A stretch of DNA of 64,000 nt from Tubiluchus corallicola (lineage: Eukaryota; Animalia; Priapulida). Numbering within the stretch: the stretch's first letter is position 1; each line of letters starts with the position of its first letter. Both the position numbers and the translations under genes were made by a program. The stretch covers positions 372,001 to 436,000 of the forward strand of contig JAQGDQ010000162.1 of NCBI GenBank assembly GCA_030141605.1, read 5' to 3'. Below are positions 1-14,300 of the stretch, in pieces. The notes beneath the pieces are model-generated. The model ran no database searches. It had not been told where the DNA came from and was given only the letters and a program-made list of their open reading frames with translations.

Positions 1-61
1 CTATAAGCTACATAATGCTGTGTATGTATATCAGCACAATTGTTCCGCAGGAGTTTTAGAC

Positions 62-735
62 ATGCAGAAGAAAAATTTTCGGGTTCTCGTTTGTGTTTTC
101 TTTATTGAGATCTTGTTAATTGTTCCCACCAACTCGAAATGTCACTTGAAAGGTGCAGAATACAGAAATGGTGAAAGAATGCCTGATCCCGATCCATGCA
201 ATCAGTGTTTCTGTGATGAGATCACAATGAATTGCAAGAGAATAGTCTGCAACAAACCTAAAGTTCAACTTGATGCATGCGAACTGAGAACAAAGCCAGG
301 ATTTTGCTGTCCAACTGAATATGTGTGCCCGTGTAAGTAAACATTATTTTGCATAATAATGGCTAGTAATAATTAAATATAACACATCGTGAAATTTGCA
401 TTCATCGTGAAAGGTTAAAAATAAAAGCCAGCCTCACCAACAATTTTAGCAAAAGTTTGAAGAACACGTGTTGAAAAGACATTTCCTTTCCTTTTGTAAA
501 CTAGTTAAGTAATTATATAAAAAATTTAATGGCTTTACTTACCCCAATTGCTGCATTGATGACATTTAGGCAGGAAACTATAATACCTCGTTTTACAGGC
601 AAGAAGTCATTGCTAGCCGTTTCTGTCTACTTCGGGGTCGGGAACTCGGGGTATTTTGCACACGTGTAACACAAAAACAAACTTCTGCAGGGTGTGTGTG
701 TGTGTGTATGCGCGCGCGTGCGTGCGTGCGTGCGT

Positions 736-770
<35 letters not shown>

Positions 771-1008
771 ACAGGCAGGCAGACAGACAGGCAGAGAGAC
801 AGACAGAGAGACAGGCAGAGAGACAGGCAGAGAGACAGGCAGAGAGACAGACAGACGGACAGAGAGACAGACAGAGAGACAGACAGAGAGACAGACAGAG
901 AGACAGAGAGACAGAGAAACACAGAGACAGAGAGACACAGAGACAGAGAGACAGAGAGACACAGAGACAGAGAGACACAGAGACAGAGAGACACAGAGAC
1001 ACAGAGAC

Positions 1009-1039
<31 letters not shown>

Positions 1040-1071
1040 CAGAGAGAGAGACAGAGAGAGAGACAGAGACA

Positions 1072-1118
<47 letters not shown>

Positions 1119-4100
1119 GGAGAGAGAGAGAGAGAGAGACAGAGAGAGAGAGAGATCACTTAATGCATTTTTGTTTTTCTTTCTCTAATTTGAAATTTAC
1201 TATTAATCTGGGCAGCACCAGCACACGATTTTCCTTCTGGTGCTGTCCAGAAGCAAACCAGTAGCCTCAATAAAAACTATATATTACCTTTACTGTGTCA
1301 ACATTTGTATTAATTTCATGCTTTCTGTGTAAATTATCATTGTAAATTTGTGTGCTTATGGTAAATCTAGCAATAAATTCAATATATAAAAATCATTTAA
1401 TAATGCTTCTCGCACAAACCTGCTGTGGCGTCATTCACAATACGCAGCCGAAGTTTGACGAATGTATACACAGTAAATGTTCAAAATGATGAAATCTGAC
1501 AAATTTTATGAATTAATTCATGTAGTTGGCTTGCGCGCATAAAAAACTGGGGTATTCGACTTAATTATTTATTTTCTGCTCAAGTTGTTGGCTTTTATAA
1601 TTATAAAAATTACTGGGCATGTATTTTAAAGTAGAGTTCCTTGCCAAGAGTCAGTAGGGCATTTACTCTTGTGAGTAAGAAATTCCCAAGGTTGTAGTCC
1701 TGGCTGATAAACATACAGTGTTTGGGCATTTTTCAGCTAATTAATACTCATCACATTAATCTAATTAATTGTGAAATATAATAATTTACTTAACGTCTGA
1801 TTTTATGTGTGACAAAATGATTTTGCTTCTTAGAACAATTAACATTAAAACTATATTAAACTGTATAATTGCTAACACAAATTGGCTAAAGGTGTTTGTA
1901 ATGCTAATATACGTTCAGAAGTGATAACAATTCTTATTTTCAGCAAATTTTAAATCTTAATTTTTCATTGCCAGCAATATGTTCTTCCATAGTAGAGAAA
2001 TATCTTATGAAGTTTAAATATTTTCATATAAATACCCTCAGTATTAGAGGGTACAGTAATGCATGTGTAATGTATGTAAGCAAAATGGTATATTATGGTG
2101 TTTGCTACATAGAAACATTGGCATAGTGTAAAAACCAAGAAAATGGGAATTCATCAAGACCATAAATAATTGAATTTGTTCAGCTTCAGACTGCAAAAAA
2201 GACGAATTTGACTGCATGACCCGAGGTTCTCTTAAAAACAGATGTATTTCCAAAAACTATTTGTGTGACATGTTTCCTGATTGTACCAATGGCTATGATG
2301 AGATTTACTGCACCGTTGATGAAAACGGGAATTGGGGTAAGATTTATAAAAGTTTTTGCACATGATGGTAAGAAGTCTGAAATACTGAGACCTCTCAAAT
2401 CTTTTTAAAAGGGATTTTCTCAGTTGAGAAATCGATCGTTTGCCAATGAAGTGAACTGTGTTGGTTCCCTTATGTTGGAACTGAGAACGTATTATGCTGA
2501 AGATGTAGGCTGATGTTAATAGAAAATTGCACCCCGTCTTAAATTATAATTCAGAACAATCTAATCTGCATATTAAAAAAACATACTATTTTTTCAAGAA
2601 TGGCTTAACTGAAAATATTATTACCACAGTAATGCTGCAGTTCCCTCATCGGTTCTTGGGTGTTACATTCGCTATTTAGGTGGTTACTAGTACCTGCATC
2701 TATGAAACGCGTTGAATAAAAACCAGGCGCAGTACCAAAACAGCCAATCAGATAATTGAAAAGACGCATCAATGTAATGTGTTGAACTACAGTTTAAATA
2801 AGTTATCGTGACATTTAACTGCATCTGAAAGCTGCAGTTCGTCAACGTTTTTCCACCCACTAGACTTTTCTTCATTCAAAATGTAAGTGATGTTAAATTC
2901 TGGCCTATGAACGCGTTTTAAAGTTTGGAAAATTAAAACTTTTTAAGTGGAATGTAGGCTGCAATGCACAAAGATGGAAACATGCTAGAATTATTTATGG
3001 TTGTGCATCTACCATATTATCCAGGTTATACTTCACAAGAGAAGGAAGTAAATTCAGTGTAAACAGAATAGACCTCTTGTTACTCCACGTTAGTTAAAAT
3101 ACTAGGAACTTCGTTTGGAAGTTCTTACTCGGCCCCTCTGCCCGAGCCTCTTTAAGGAACATTATCTTTTTTGTAACACTGTATTAGGATTTCAGTATTC
3201 AGAGCAGGACATACTCAACGAGATGTTGGGTGGCTTGACCATAAACTAGTTCATTCTCTCCAAGTTGAGCTAGTAAACTGATAGAGGTCATGCTTGAGGC
3301 ACGTTCAGGTGTGAATGTGATCTTTCTTTGCTAAGTAAAATGCCAAGGTTTCCTAGTGATACATACTGGCTGGAGCGAGTATCGACTAGACGACTGGTCT
3401 AGGCAACCAGACGTTACTCACATGAAAGCTCATACTATGTAAGCTTTCACTCTTCACTTAAAAGGTAGCAGAGGTAAAAAACAAAACAAAAAGGTTAACA
3501 GAAACAAAAAGGCATCACGCCAAACGTGTCAAGTACTACAATGTTCACGGATTGATGCAGTATACTATAGATACACATCACTTCCATAGAAACGTTTATG
3601 TCCTTTGCAAAAAATTGTTGCAGGAGAAAAGTGCTGACTAAGTGATCATTTTATAAGCTGGTGTTATTTTGGAGGCTTTTCTGTTATCTAGTTCATCGCA
3701 TTAGACTTGCATACGATAATCTCAAAAACGATGCTAGGTATTTCAGAAATTTCGTCAGAAACGATGGCAATTAGTAGTAGGTCAAAAATAAGAAAACACA
3801 ATGGTACAGACTGGTCTCTTGTTTCGTCAATCTATTTCAGTTTATTTGGGCAGGATTTATTGTGAATACATAACGAAATATGGTCATTGCAGTAATCTTG
3901 TAAAGGCTGATAAAGTAAATAGTCTGTAGTTTTCTTTAATATAATATTATTTAGCAACTTATCTTTTTGTATGTTTCAACAATCTTAGGTTTGCCTTCAA
4001 CTTTGTCAACTGAAGCAGGAATGGTCTCAGAAGCATCTTCAGGGTCAACTACGCAAACGATGACAGCTACAACTTCAACAGTGTTGCCTACAACAAGTAC

Positions 4101-6134
4101 TAGAACAAGCAGTAAAACGTTTATTATTTAGTAGCCAACGTAATGGTTTTTACTATATTTTACGGGGGGATTATTACGAGATTTTTTACAATGCTTAAAA
4201 TGTAAATTTTGATATGTTCTCCTTTTTTGAGGATTCACACTACTTTAATTGTCACGTCTTTACAAAAATGATTTTAGACTGAAAATACACTTACAGCTTC
4301 TGGCAGCAGCACATTTTTCTTAAATATTGTAGGTTGAAAAGATATCTGTGCGTTATGTCTACCCTCCGAAGGCAGGAGGTCGAAAAAATAGGTACAGAAG
4401 TGACTCTGCAGCATGTAGTGTTCTGTAGTGTATCGTTTTCCAGCTTATATACCTGCTCCGTAGCTGGAAATGACTTGAGGCAGTTTGATAAGTGAAACCA
4501 TTCGTCCACTTACGAAACCAAGCTTGGCATTACTCATCTTTGATCTCTAAGCTGTGACACTATAACTGCTCACTAATGTATATAAATTTCTATTACATAT
4601 ACCTGTAATGGCGTGTCAAAACTTGTAACAAGTTTTGCTAGGCCAAATTCGTTATGAACTACATTTGGTCTGTAGTTGTGTCTCCACTTGACTAAGATCG
4701 AGATTATCCTATAGAGTAGCATGGGCTGCAGCTATTCTCCCTGATGCAAGCTTAGGGGAGTGGATCAAGCTGTTCACTGCAACTGTGCTGAAATAATATT
4801 ATGCGCAATAAATAGTAAAATAGTGGCATTTCTTAAAGAATATTTTTATTGTCGAACAAAAGTCATTCTAGTGTATTCAAAGAATTTGCAATAAGTTTTA
4901 CTTCAAGCTATGCAAGTGTTGCTAAAATATATTACCAGTAAAATATATTCAAGACAGGAAGAGCCACAATTTCATTATCCTTGGGGGATCCAAAAGGTCT
5001 TAATCTAGCACGTCTATAGCCATTGGCTTTTTGTGTTCACCTAAATTAATTACTTCTGTTTTTTTACTTCTTGCACAATTTTAGCTCCATTGTACGCATG
5101 TGGTTCAGATGAATTTGACTGTAAGATGCCTCTCTTCTGGTTGCCTGACCCTTACTATAATTGCATTTCAAAGGAATTCCTATGCGACGGCAATTTCAAC
5201 TGCGCAAATGGACGTGATGAAACTGTAGAAGCGAACTGCAGTAAGTATCTTAGTTATACTTTACGTTCTTCAGATCGAACAGCATGAAATTGCAGCTGCT
5301 CATACAAACGTGTTTAATGTCTTACACTGCCGTGACTGCTCATAGTAGTGAAAACACAGATCTTTCCAATAACTGCAAACGCCGGCTTTGCATTAAGGCT
5401 AAAGGTTTTCACTGTAAATGTTTTTACACTATTTTCTGCACAGTCTAAACTAGCATTGAGAGTTTGTTGCTAATGTTAATAGAAATTGCACCCCGTCTTA
5501 AATTATAATTCGGAACAATCTAATCTGCATATTAAAAAGAAACATAATAATTTTCAAGAATGGCTTACCTGAAAATATTATAACCACAGTAATTCTGCAG
5601 TTCCCTCATCGGTTCTTGGGTGTTACATTCGCTATTTAGGTGGTTACTAGTACCTGCATCTATGAAACGCGTTGAATAAAAACCAGGCGCAGTACCAAAA
5701 CAGCCAATCAGATAATTGAAAAGACGCATCAATGTAATGTGTTGAACTACAGTTTAAATGAGTTATCGTGACATTTAAGTGCATCTGAAAGCTGCAATTC
5801 ATCAACGTTTTTCCACCCACTAGACTTTTCTTCATTCAAAATGTAAGTGATGTTAAATTCTGGCCTATGAACGCGTTTTAAGCTGATTTCAGTAACTGCA
5901 CTTCAGAAAGTCTAACTGATTGCAAAAATGTTTAAACGATCAGGTTTGTTTTTTTCTCTATTGTAAAGTAAAATGCATCTCAGCTAGGATATGGCAAGAT
6001 AAATTCACAGCTAATTATAGAAGAATTATTTATAGGAAAAAAAATAAAACATGTATGCTTCTTTTCTATGGTATTTTCTGCATTGATTTCCAGTTCTGAG
6101 ATTAACGCCCCTCCCCGGAAGAAGCAAACCTTAG
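62..6134 (+). CDS. Predicted secreted protein: signal peptide, VWC domain, LDLa, Ser/Thr-rich linker, LDLa (exons 62-332, 2184-2336, 3989-4111, 5085-5240, tentative last exon 6094-6134; about 247 aa)
   Basis: Exon 1: hydrophobic leader then C..YRNGE..PDPCNQCFC..CKRIVC..C..PGFCCP.YVC (VWC spacing). LDLa repeats CKKDEFDC..CISKNYLCDMFPDCTNGYDEIYC and CGSDEFDC..CISKEFLCDGNFNCANGRDETVEANC. All introns GT-AG and phase 1. Terminal exon is uncertain. Confidence 0.8.
691..1156. repeat. Compound microsatellite (GT)/(GCGT)/(AGGC)/(AGAC)/(AG)
   Basis: Directly visible; source of the six low-complexity ORFs at 593-1264. Confidence 0.97.
2513..2921 (+). repeat. About 410-bp interspersed repeat, copy 1
   Basis: Nearly identical to 5473-5881; ORFs 2687-2875 and 5647-5835 are near-identical translations. 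Confidence 0.92.
5473..5881 (+). repeat. About 410-bp interspersed repeat, copy 2
   Basis: Direct repeat of 2513-2921 with a few substitutions/indels. Confidence 0.92.
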
Positions 6135-7794
6135 ATCTGAAAAGCATACTCAGATTAGTCTTACAGAGTAGTAAGAATAATTATTCAAAATTTGTTATTT
6201 ATGATGAATCATATGAATATAATATGGGAGTATATCTGTTTTTATTTTTAGCCAAAGAAAATGGATACAAATGGAAGTGATAGGTAACCTATTACCTAAT
6301 TATATTGATTAACAGTCTTGGCTCTCTCTCAAGTGCTCATCTCCATGTAAATTTAGCTGACTTCATATTTAGTAAATAGTTTCTGTTTTTATTTATTGAC
6401 TGATGAATTCAAAACGTGGTCTCACTGTCAGAGGCTAACATAGCCTATACGCAATTTTATTTGCTGTAAATGCGTAAGCTGACTGTAAGTAATAAGTAAA
6501 GTTTAAAGGAAAGTTTTGTGTAAGAATTGAAGAAGTCACTTAGCATGTTAGAATTATTTTATGTTATCACTAATGTTGTCTCTAAAGCGTAAAGTCAATC
6601 TATTCTAACATTGTACAGAAATTTTCAGGTGGGAGAATGGGCGTTTTCCATTGATAAGTGAATTGACAAAATTGTTTTAGAGGTCGAAAAGCTGCACGTG
6701 GTACTGCTGAAATAGATACCTTCTTCATATCATGTTATGCCAGTGTATTACGAGAACTGAAGCACTAAAACGGAAAACACACTAAACAGCAAATGTGCGT
6801 ACAACTTTTTGACTAGATTAAATGATTTATAATCAATCAGGTGTTGGAAAGAAATCGCTATCACATTGAAATATATAAATATTGTAATCAATTGTCACAA
6901 GTGAATGTTTTTTTTTTTGATTATGTAACTTTCTTGGCATTCGTGATAAGGTTTAGACATTCCACAATTAAATTGCATCAAAATCATTGGCAACTTTATT
7001 AAACACTAAACAATCTCAACAACCAATACTACAGCCAGGTCATCCTGCTCGACTTTTGCAATGTTTTGTTTAAAACTGGTACATTCTGACCAGTTATGGT
7101 AATGTTCACTCAAAAATCCGTCCAAATAAAAATAGAGGGTATAAAAATTACAAAAAAATAATTTTGTGATAATGAAATATGACATTAAATTGTAAACTGA
7201 CGGCGATGTAAAGCCAAATAAAGCGAAAAAATCAAGCCAAAAAAATAAGGTTATGTCACTCCAACAAAATTCATTCTCTGACTAATTAATGTAAGCAGTA
7301 AGAGAAACCTTTGAACAAACATGAACAACACTGTAAGCTAGCAGGTAAGAGAGACAAATTAATCTATATATATATATATATATATATAGATATATATATA
7401 TATATCACTATTTCACTACTAAAAATAAAGATTAAATTAATCGCACACAGACACATAATCTATGTATTATATAGGAGACTTGTATCAGCAGTAACCCTGT
7501 ATAAAACATGTAAATTTAAATTCCCGCAATGACCGTTAGCGCAGGCATTTTGACGACAGGTCATCAAACACTCTCAAACTTATAATCTCATACACATTCA
7601 CTTGCTCACACTCACATACAATGCAGTCAATTCATGCGCCGTGTTTGCACACATATTGTCTACATACACATACAAATGAGCAACAAGCACACGCACAAAA
7701 CTAGATATACAAACACTTACTCATACACCCACACACGATGTTATCAGTCATTCTATCATGCACGCAATCACATTTATTATTTTAATTGTGCGAG

Positions 7795-8420
7795 TATATA
7801 CTAAAGATATGTTTCTTCAATTTTTTTTGAAAGATGTGAATCGAGTTAGCAAGTTTTAAGCCATTGGGTAGCGAATTCCAAGTTCTTGGCCCAGTATTAG
7901 AAATGAATTATTTTCCATCATCGGTTCTTAACCGAATATTGATTAAGTCGATTGATGTCTTTATTGTTTATTTTAATAGGATTTTCCAAAAACGTGGGAA
8001 AAAGTTGAAAGTGAGTGTTAAACATAAAAATTGAAACCTTATAATGTACTAAATCATCAAATTGTCAAATTTTACAGTTTAAAAAAGCGGCTGTTATAAA
8101 TTTCTAAAATGTTCAGCGAGGTTACATACAATTTGGATAAATTTTCTTTGCAGTTTTTTAAGATTCTTTTAAGATACTAGTGGGGTAAGTTAAATCCCAA
8201 ATGACAACTGAATAACTTAAATAAGGAAGTACTACTGAATTATATAGTAGCAGATAGAATTTGTCTTGTTAGGGAAATAATTCCAATATTTTTGTAATTT
8301 TTGCGCTAATCAAAATTAATATGAAGATTCGAGCTCAAATTTCCATTAATTATCACCCCAAGAAACATTATTAATTTTGGAAAACACGCTCAATGTAAGT
8401 GTTACCAATTATAAGCTGTA
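7795..8420 (-). mobile_element. Decayed non-LTR retrotransposon (CR1/L2-like) ORF2 3' end
   Basis: Minus-strand fragments FLGVIINGNLSSNLHINF...KNIGII and ISNTGPRTWNSLPNGLKLANSIHIFQKKLKKHIF resemble the post-RT FLGV and G..WNSLP motifs; stops and frameshifts in between. Confidence 0.75.
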
Positions 8421-8660
8421 TACTTGTTGGAAGAAGTTTTTAGAAGTAATATAATCATTAGAAATACGGAACAGAGTTGACCAACAAAATAGAATGAATA
8501 TATGTATCACATTCTAAAATAGATTTGATGTACAAATTAGAACGATTAAAAGTCGACTGCTAAAGGAAAAATACAAACTTGAACATAAGTACGTCAAAAT
8601 TAACTATATAGATAGTTAAACATATATATATATATATATATATATGTGTGTAGAAATAGT

Positions 8661-8780
8661 CTACAGATTTTGGTGAAAGACCTCTCTGTATTTTGCAATT
8701 GCATTTTCATATTCGTTTAAGTACTCAACAAAGTGTTCGTTTAAATAAGCGACGCTGTCAGAGTTTTCGTAGTCAGCCAT
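8661..8780 (-). pseudogene. Orphan copy of methyltransferase exon 1
   Basis: MADYENSDSVAYLNEHFVEYLNEYENAIAKYREVFHQNL* aligns with MASCENFDSTAYLNEYF..YENVFTKYREVFHQ; splice donor lost and no downstream exons seen. Confidence 0.85.
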
Positions 8781-9700
8781 GATGACACCCACAGTGCACT
8801 ATGCATTCTCGTCGATGTTTTTTAGATTTCAGATATGAACAATATGAACAAATACAGCTTAATAAAGTAACATAATCAATATTGAACTTGATCTTACCCC
8901 AATGTATGCGTTTTGTATGTTTTTTGCATGCGTATGGTTAGGTTAAGTAAATATCGTATCCTGCTGCTGTGTTTTTTCTGCAAACAGCTCTGCAAAGATT
9001 GGCTTCGAGGTGCAAAAATTTCGGTCTGTGCAGTTTAGTATTTTTGTTTATTTATATGACTTCCAATTGTGCACTCGTATTATTTGCTGTACGTTTTGTA
9101 AGGTTCTCTGATATTTATTTCTTGGTTGAACCAGTAATGCGTTTTGTAAACTTGTTTTGTTGAATTTCTGACTTGCACGAACTTAAAGCAAGCAATAACA
9201 AACAATAAACAACCTATGCAATTTGCAAATAAGAACAAACAATAAACAACCCATGCAATTTTCAAATTCTTCATAGCAAGATCGTCATCCTCTTGTTAAA
9301 TACCCTCAGTATTAATGATTTTTTAAAAAAATTGGTAGTAAATAGCTTATATTATTAGCTGTTTAACAAACAAAATAAATAATCTACAAAACAATATGCA
9401 ATATTACTAACAAGAGAAAAGAACTCTGCAAGCAGGAACCGCTCATTAACTTATTAGTATTAAATTAATTCATTAGTATTAAATCTACAATTGAGGTTGT
9501 CAATTGTGACAGGACAAAGAACAACATATCTGATTTCTAAGGATAAGTTTTCAAGACAATGTTATCAGACGACAACAGCGCTATCATAGCCACGTTTTGG
9601 TCCTGTGCAGGCCCAAAGTCTATTCTGTTTCTCAGAAATTACTTCAGTTTTATTAACAAAGTGTAGAACTAGAAGTTACTCCACGTTTCAGCAAATGTTG

Positions 9701-10114
9701 TTACGATTTAGTTGCTGTAATGACTAGATAATATTTGCCATCAGAAAAATCCAAAGCCCATGGTGAAAGTTGTGTGGTCTGTACCTTGACTTCAGTCATC
9801 CCAGCGCCATGTAGAGCATCAAGGACACTGTCAATAGCATCAAGAACACTGTCTGTAGCATCAACTGGCATGCAGTGCAGCCTCTTTCTAGCGACATCAC
9901 AAAAATCTTCCATGCATACTGTCGTCAATACTAATTTGCTGCACGATTTAAACAGCGTCATTACTTTTTTTTAAGTATTGTTTATACTCAGCGGGGGTTT
10001 TACAGGCGACTTTTAAGGCAAAATTGGAAACGACAACGTCAAAAGCGCCCCGGTGAGGAGTTACTGGATCATGTTTACGTAAGAAATGCTGTTAAAGTTT
10101 TCACAGCTTGCCAT
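9701..10114 (-). pseudogene. NNMT-family pseudogene: exon 1 start fused by deletion to exon 3
   Basis: ATG at 10114 gives MASCENFNSISYVN, then jumps to DPVTPHRGAFDVVVSNFA..; SAM-binding exon 2 is absent, +1 frameshift in the A-run at 9965-9972, 21-bp internal duplication (DSVLDAI). Confidence 0.88.
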
Positions 10115-11390
10115 GATGAAAATAAAGCAGCCCATGTGGGAAGTATACTGCTTGCTGGTTAGGACGTTACCTTTGTTTGTACATAAAGTAATGCAATATC
10201 ACCATTACTACAATGGAATCCTGACATTGTAGAAAAATTCTCGGTCTATTGTTTGTCTGTTTTTCTTGCAAAACTAGCAAAACAAATGGGTGAACATTTT
10301 TTACATAACTCAGCGTCCTACAATCCAGTGTTTGATGTCAGAAGGAAAATGGAACGTAGTAGTAAGACGATTTCCTGACACATTATCGAGCCTGGCGCCT
10401 AGGATAAGCCACTGAACCAGCAGAGGCATTTCAGTCCAATTCAGATGTGTACACAATACAGCCTTCCTCCACGAAATCAGCAGCCAAAATCAGCACGGCA
10501 AGTGAAACCGCCCAGAGACAGAATCGAAGTGGTTCATAGTATCACTACAACTGAAGTCAGTAATACTGTTACTGTTGTCAGTACCCTTAAGTTAACATGA
10601 CTGGGTGTAATTATATAAGATGGCGGCTGAATACTGACAAATTGCAAAAACAAACACGTCATAACTTCACTTCACTTCCTTCTCTTTTTAGTTTTTTTAT
10701 TACATTTATTCACTAAGATTGTTTGCCACCAAAAAAACAAAAACAACCAAACATTTAACATTCTAGTAAATAATAAAATGATAGTAAAAATTGGTTAAGT
10801 GCCTAGCTGGAGAAAATACTTCTTCAACCTTCACAATCATTTAATAATGTTCTTTTTAACATACAAGGTCATAAATAAGTGGTTAGACAAAGTTGAAGAA
10901 ATTATGACTTGGAAAGTTATTTCTCTAAGTTAAATAATAATATTAAAGTTGACCAAGGTTTAAGGCTAAGTCTAAGAGCCCGAGTTCAATTCTTAATGGA
11001 GTCAAGGTTTGAATGAATGAATGAAGGTTGTGTGAATCGCCTACACGAAATGCTAATTCAATCAATGTTTGTTAGCACAGGTTTCTAGCTCTGCCCGCAA
11101 AATAATTACAACTAAATTTTCCACAACATACGTACATATAAATGTATATAATTATACACATATGTAATAACTTATTTATGGCCTTGCGAGAGGCAATCTA
11201 TGTGAGGACGACAATTACGACAGGATCAGAACACATAATTTTTAAGTATTAGTTTCTAAGATAATGAACCAATAGAGTCACGTTCTGATTCTAGACAGGC
11301 TGTTCAGCAGATATTACTCTGGCTTGCTTAAGAAAGTGTAGAACTAGATTTTATGCCAATTTGCTGTTCTTGTAACAAAACTTAATGTTT

Positions 11391-14300
11391 TTACAATTTA
11401 GTTGCTGTAATGACTAGATAATATTTGCCGTCACAAAAATCTGCAGCCCACGCTGAAAGGTGAGTGGTCTCTGTCTTCACATCAGTCATTCCAGCGCCAT
11501 CTAGAGCACCAAGAACCAACTCTTTATCAACTGGCATGCAGTGCAGCCTCTTCCCACCGACATCCCAAAAACTTTCGTCGCATACTGTCGTCATTACCAA
11601 TTTGCCACCTGGTTTAAGCAGCGTCATTACGTTTTTTATGCACTGTTTATAATCGGCGCGAGTTTTAGGGGCGACCTCTATGGCAAAATTGGAAATGAGA
11701 ACGTCGAAAGTGCCCCGGTGAGAAGGAGTTACCGGATCACTCCTGTTGGCATCACATTGCAGGATTTCCTTTACATGGTTTCTCACTTGCTTCAGACGTG
11801 TTTCGTATTTTTCCTCCAGTTCACTGAATTTGTAAAAAAATTATTTAAATTAAAATAGTTTAAATTTTAGTGGAGTGTTGTATGTGCATTTTGGGTTTGT
11901 ATGCTGCAGTCAAGTGCGTTAGTGTAATCAGACATACTGGGCGTGTACGACAAACACTGCAAGTAAAACAATTCCTACGAAATTTCAGCAAAGCATTCGA
12001 TAGGTAATGACAGAAATCATCGTGAAATTTTCTCAGTTGGCAAACAGTTTATTCTTCTGTTTACTCATTTATTCATTCTTTCGTCTTCCTATTTGTTAGT
12101 AAACTAGGGTAACGCTTTAGATCATTTTTACAAATATTTGACCCATATTTGAGTTAATAGGACAAGATTTGTTCCCCATCTCTGTCAAAGATGCTCCTAT
12201 TATTTACTGAAAGAGTTACGTTGAGTTGGTAGAGATAATCTTAGTTACCGAAAACGATATTTCAGTTGCATATATTTATAGGTACAAAAATACACGTCAA
12301 ACGACTTATGCAAGACCAATTTAAACGGATTACGTAAACACTAACATTCAATTTTAAACAACATTTTTTAAAGCCGCTCAGGCTAAACTTTATGAATATA
12401 ATAGTTAAAATGGTCTAGCAACTATCAACCTAAATAAGCACTATTTTCTTCTGTAAAATAGCATTCGATAACCTCCTGCTGTGTATATATATTACAGAAG
12501 TCGATATGTTACATTCCCACGTTATAGAACAACGCCAAATTTCAATTTGAAACAATAGATTTCCGCTAGATAATTTAACTATGTTTTACTGTGAGCAGGT
12601 GCCAGGGGCTTCATAACCTAGAAACCTTTCACATATTTGTCTGACTGTGTTTTACTATGAGCAGGTGCCAGGGGCTTCATAACCTAGAAACCTTTCACAT
12701 ATTTGTCGTAGCTCTTTTTATAAGCTAGATTGTTACACCTCAAGTGAAATACCACGTGCAAAAAACATGCAACATGTTTATACCTTTTATTCGAAGATTG
12801 TATGATGAGATCATAATAGTTGCTCCAGTCAAAATGATATTCTCCTGTTTCTTTCCATTTTTGCAAAACTCTGACGTTTGATTCTGCATAATCTGCCATG
12901 ACAATATCGGTGAAATTGTCACTCACAGCCAGCACGTAGGCCAAAGTAGGGCCACATCCGAAGTCCAAAAGTCTGCTACCTGGCAACCCATCTCCTGTTT
13001 GCATACAATTACTATTATTGTTGTTGTTGTGGTGGTGGTGGTGGTTTATTGTTACTTACTTTTGCTGCTGCTGCAACTGCAACTGCTACTGCTGCTGCTA
13101 TTGCCACTGCTACTGCTACAACAACAACAACAACAACAACAATAACAACAACAAAAACTACTACTACTACCACTACCACTACCACTACCACTACCACTAC
13201 CACTACCACTACCACTACCACTACCACTACCACTACCACTACCACTACCACTACCACTACCACTACCACTACCACTACCACTACCACTACCACTACCACT
13301 ACCACTACCACTACCACTACCACTACCACTACCACTACCACTACCACTACCACTACTACTACTACTACTGCTACTACTACTACTACTACTACTACTATTA
13401 TTATTATTATTATTACCAATAAAATTAATGCACTTGAAATGTGTACTAGAACTTCAAAAATAATTTATAACACGTCGTATAGTTCTTAAAATTCTGCGTG
13501 GAAATCGAAATTTGTTGAGTTAATTTGATTTGGTCTCCTATCTTGAACTTCTTTTAGCTGTTTTCATCATCATTGTCATTATTATCATCATTGCTATCAT
13601 TACATATAAAGCGTTTTTATTTAACCACATAGACAAACAAGAGTGCATCTGAATGAAATATAACTGTATAGCCAGCATTACGCCACTTCATACCGGTTGC
13701 TTTGGGGGCGAGAACCTAGGACCAGAATCATCAATGATCTTACGAAACGGATCATTTATACGATCGTTGCAAAATTAAGTGGTATTTATCAAGCTTCTCA
13801 ATTTTCTCGTTCTCAGCATAATTTACTGAATCCTTGTAATGCGTTTTTGTTGTAGTAAACAGTCATCGTTTTAGTGAATTAATTTTGTTAACACTGTCTT
13901 TTTGTATATAATTATGTAAATAGCGTCTCCTCTTTTATGTGTGTTTTTGTAGTTGTAGGCCCTTTGCTCTGTTTTATTGGAATTTTAGTAATTGTAGTCT
14001 TATGTGCAGTCTTAACGTCTTATACATGTGTGTTTTATTTAGCTTATGCGTGTATTTTATATGGATTTTAAGTCTGAAATAAAAGTGAGAATTGAATTGA
14101 ACTTTCGTAGGATGTTTTGCAAAGTTTCATTAGCACGCTTGACAAAAGTACCTAGGATTTTCTCTTATAAATTTGATACGTTTTGCGTAAGATCGTTTTT
14201 ACAAATGTTCCTGCGAACTCGTTGATAAATCAAACCTCACCCTAGTAATTATCTGCTATTTCATTATTGTACACAACATTATCATTAACTTATCATCATT

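Noticed and set aside
593-1264. Six long ORFs (up to 202 aa)
   Set aside because: Translations of a compound microsatellite inside an intron.
13015-13489. Poly-Thr/Val/His-Tyr ORFs suggesting a mucin; (CCACTA)n suggesting telomere
   Set aside because: Intronic simple repeat; unit is not TTAGGG and there are no splice signals supporting an exon.
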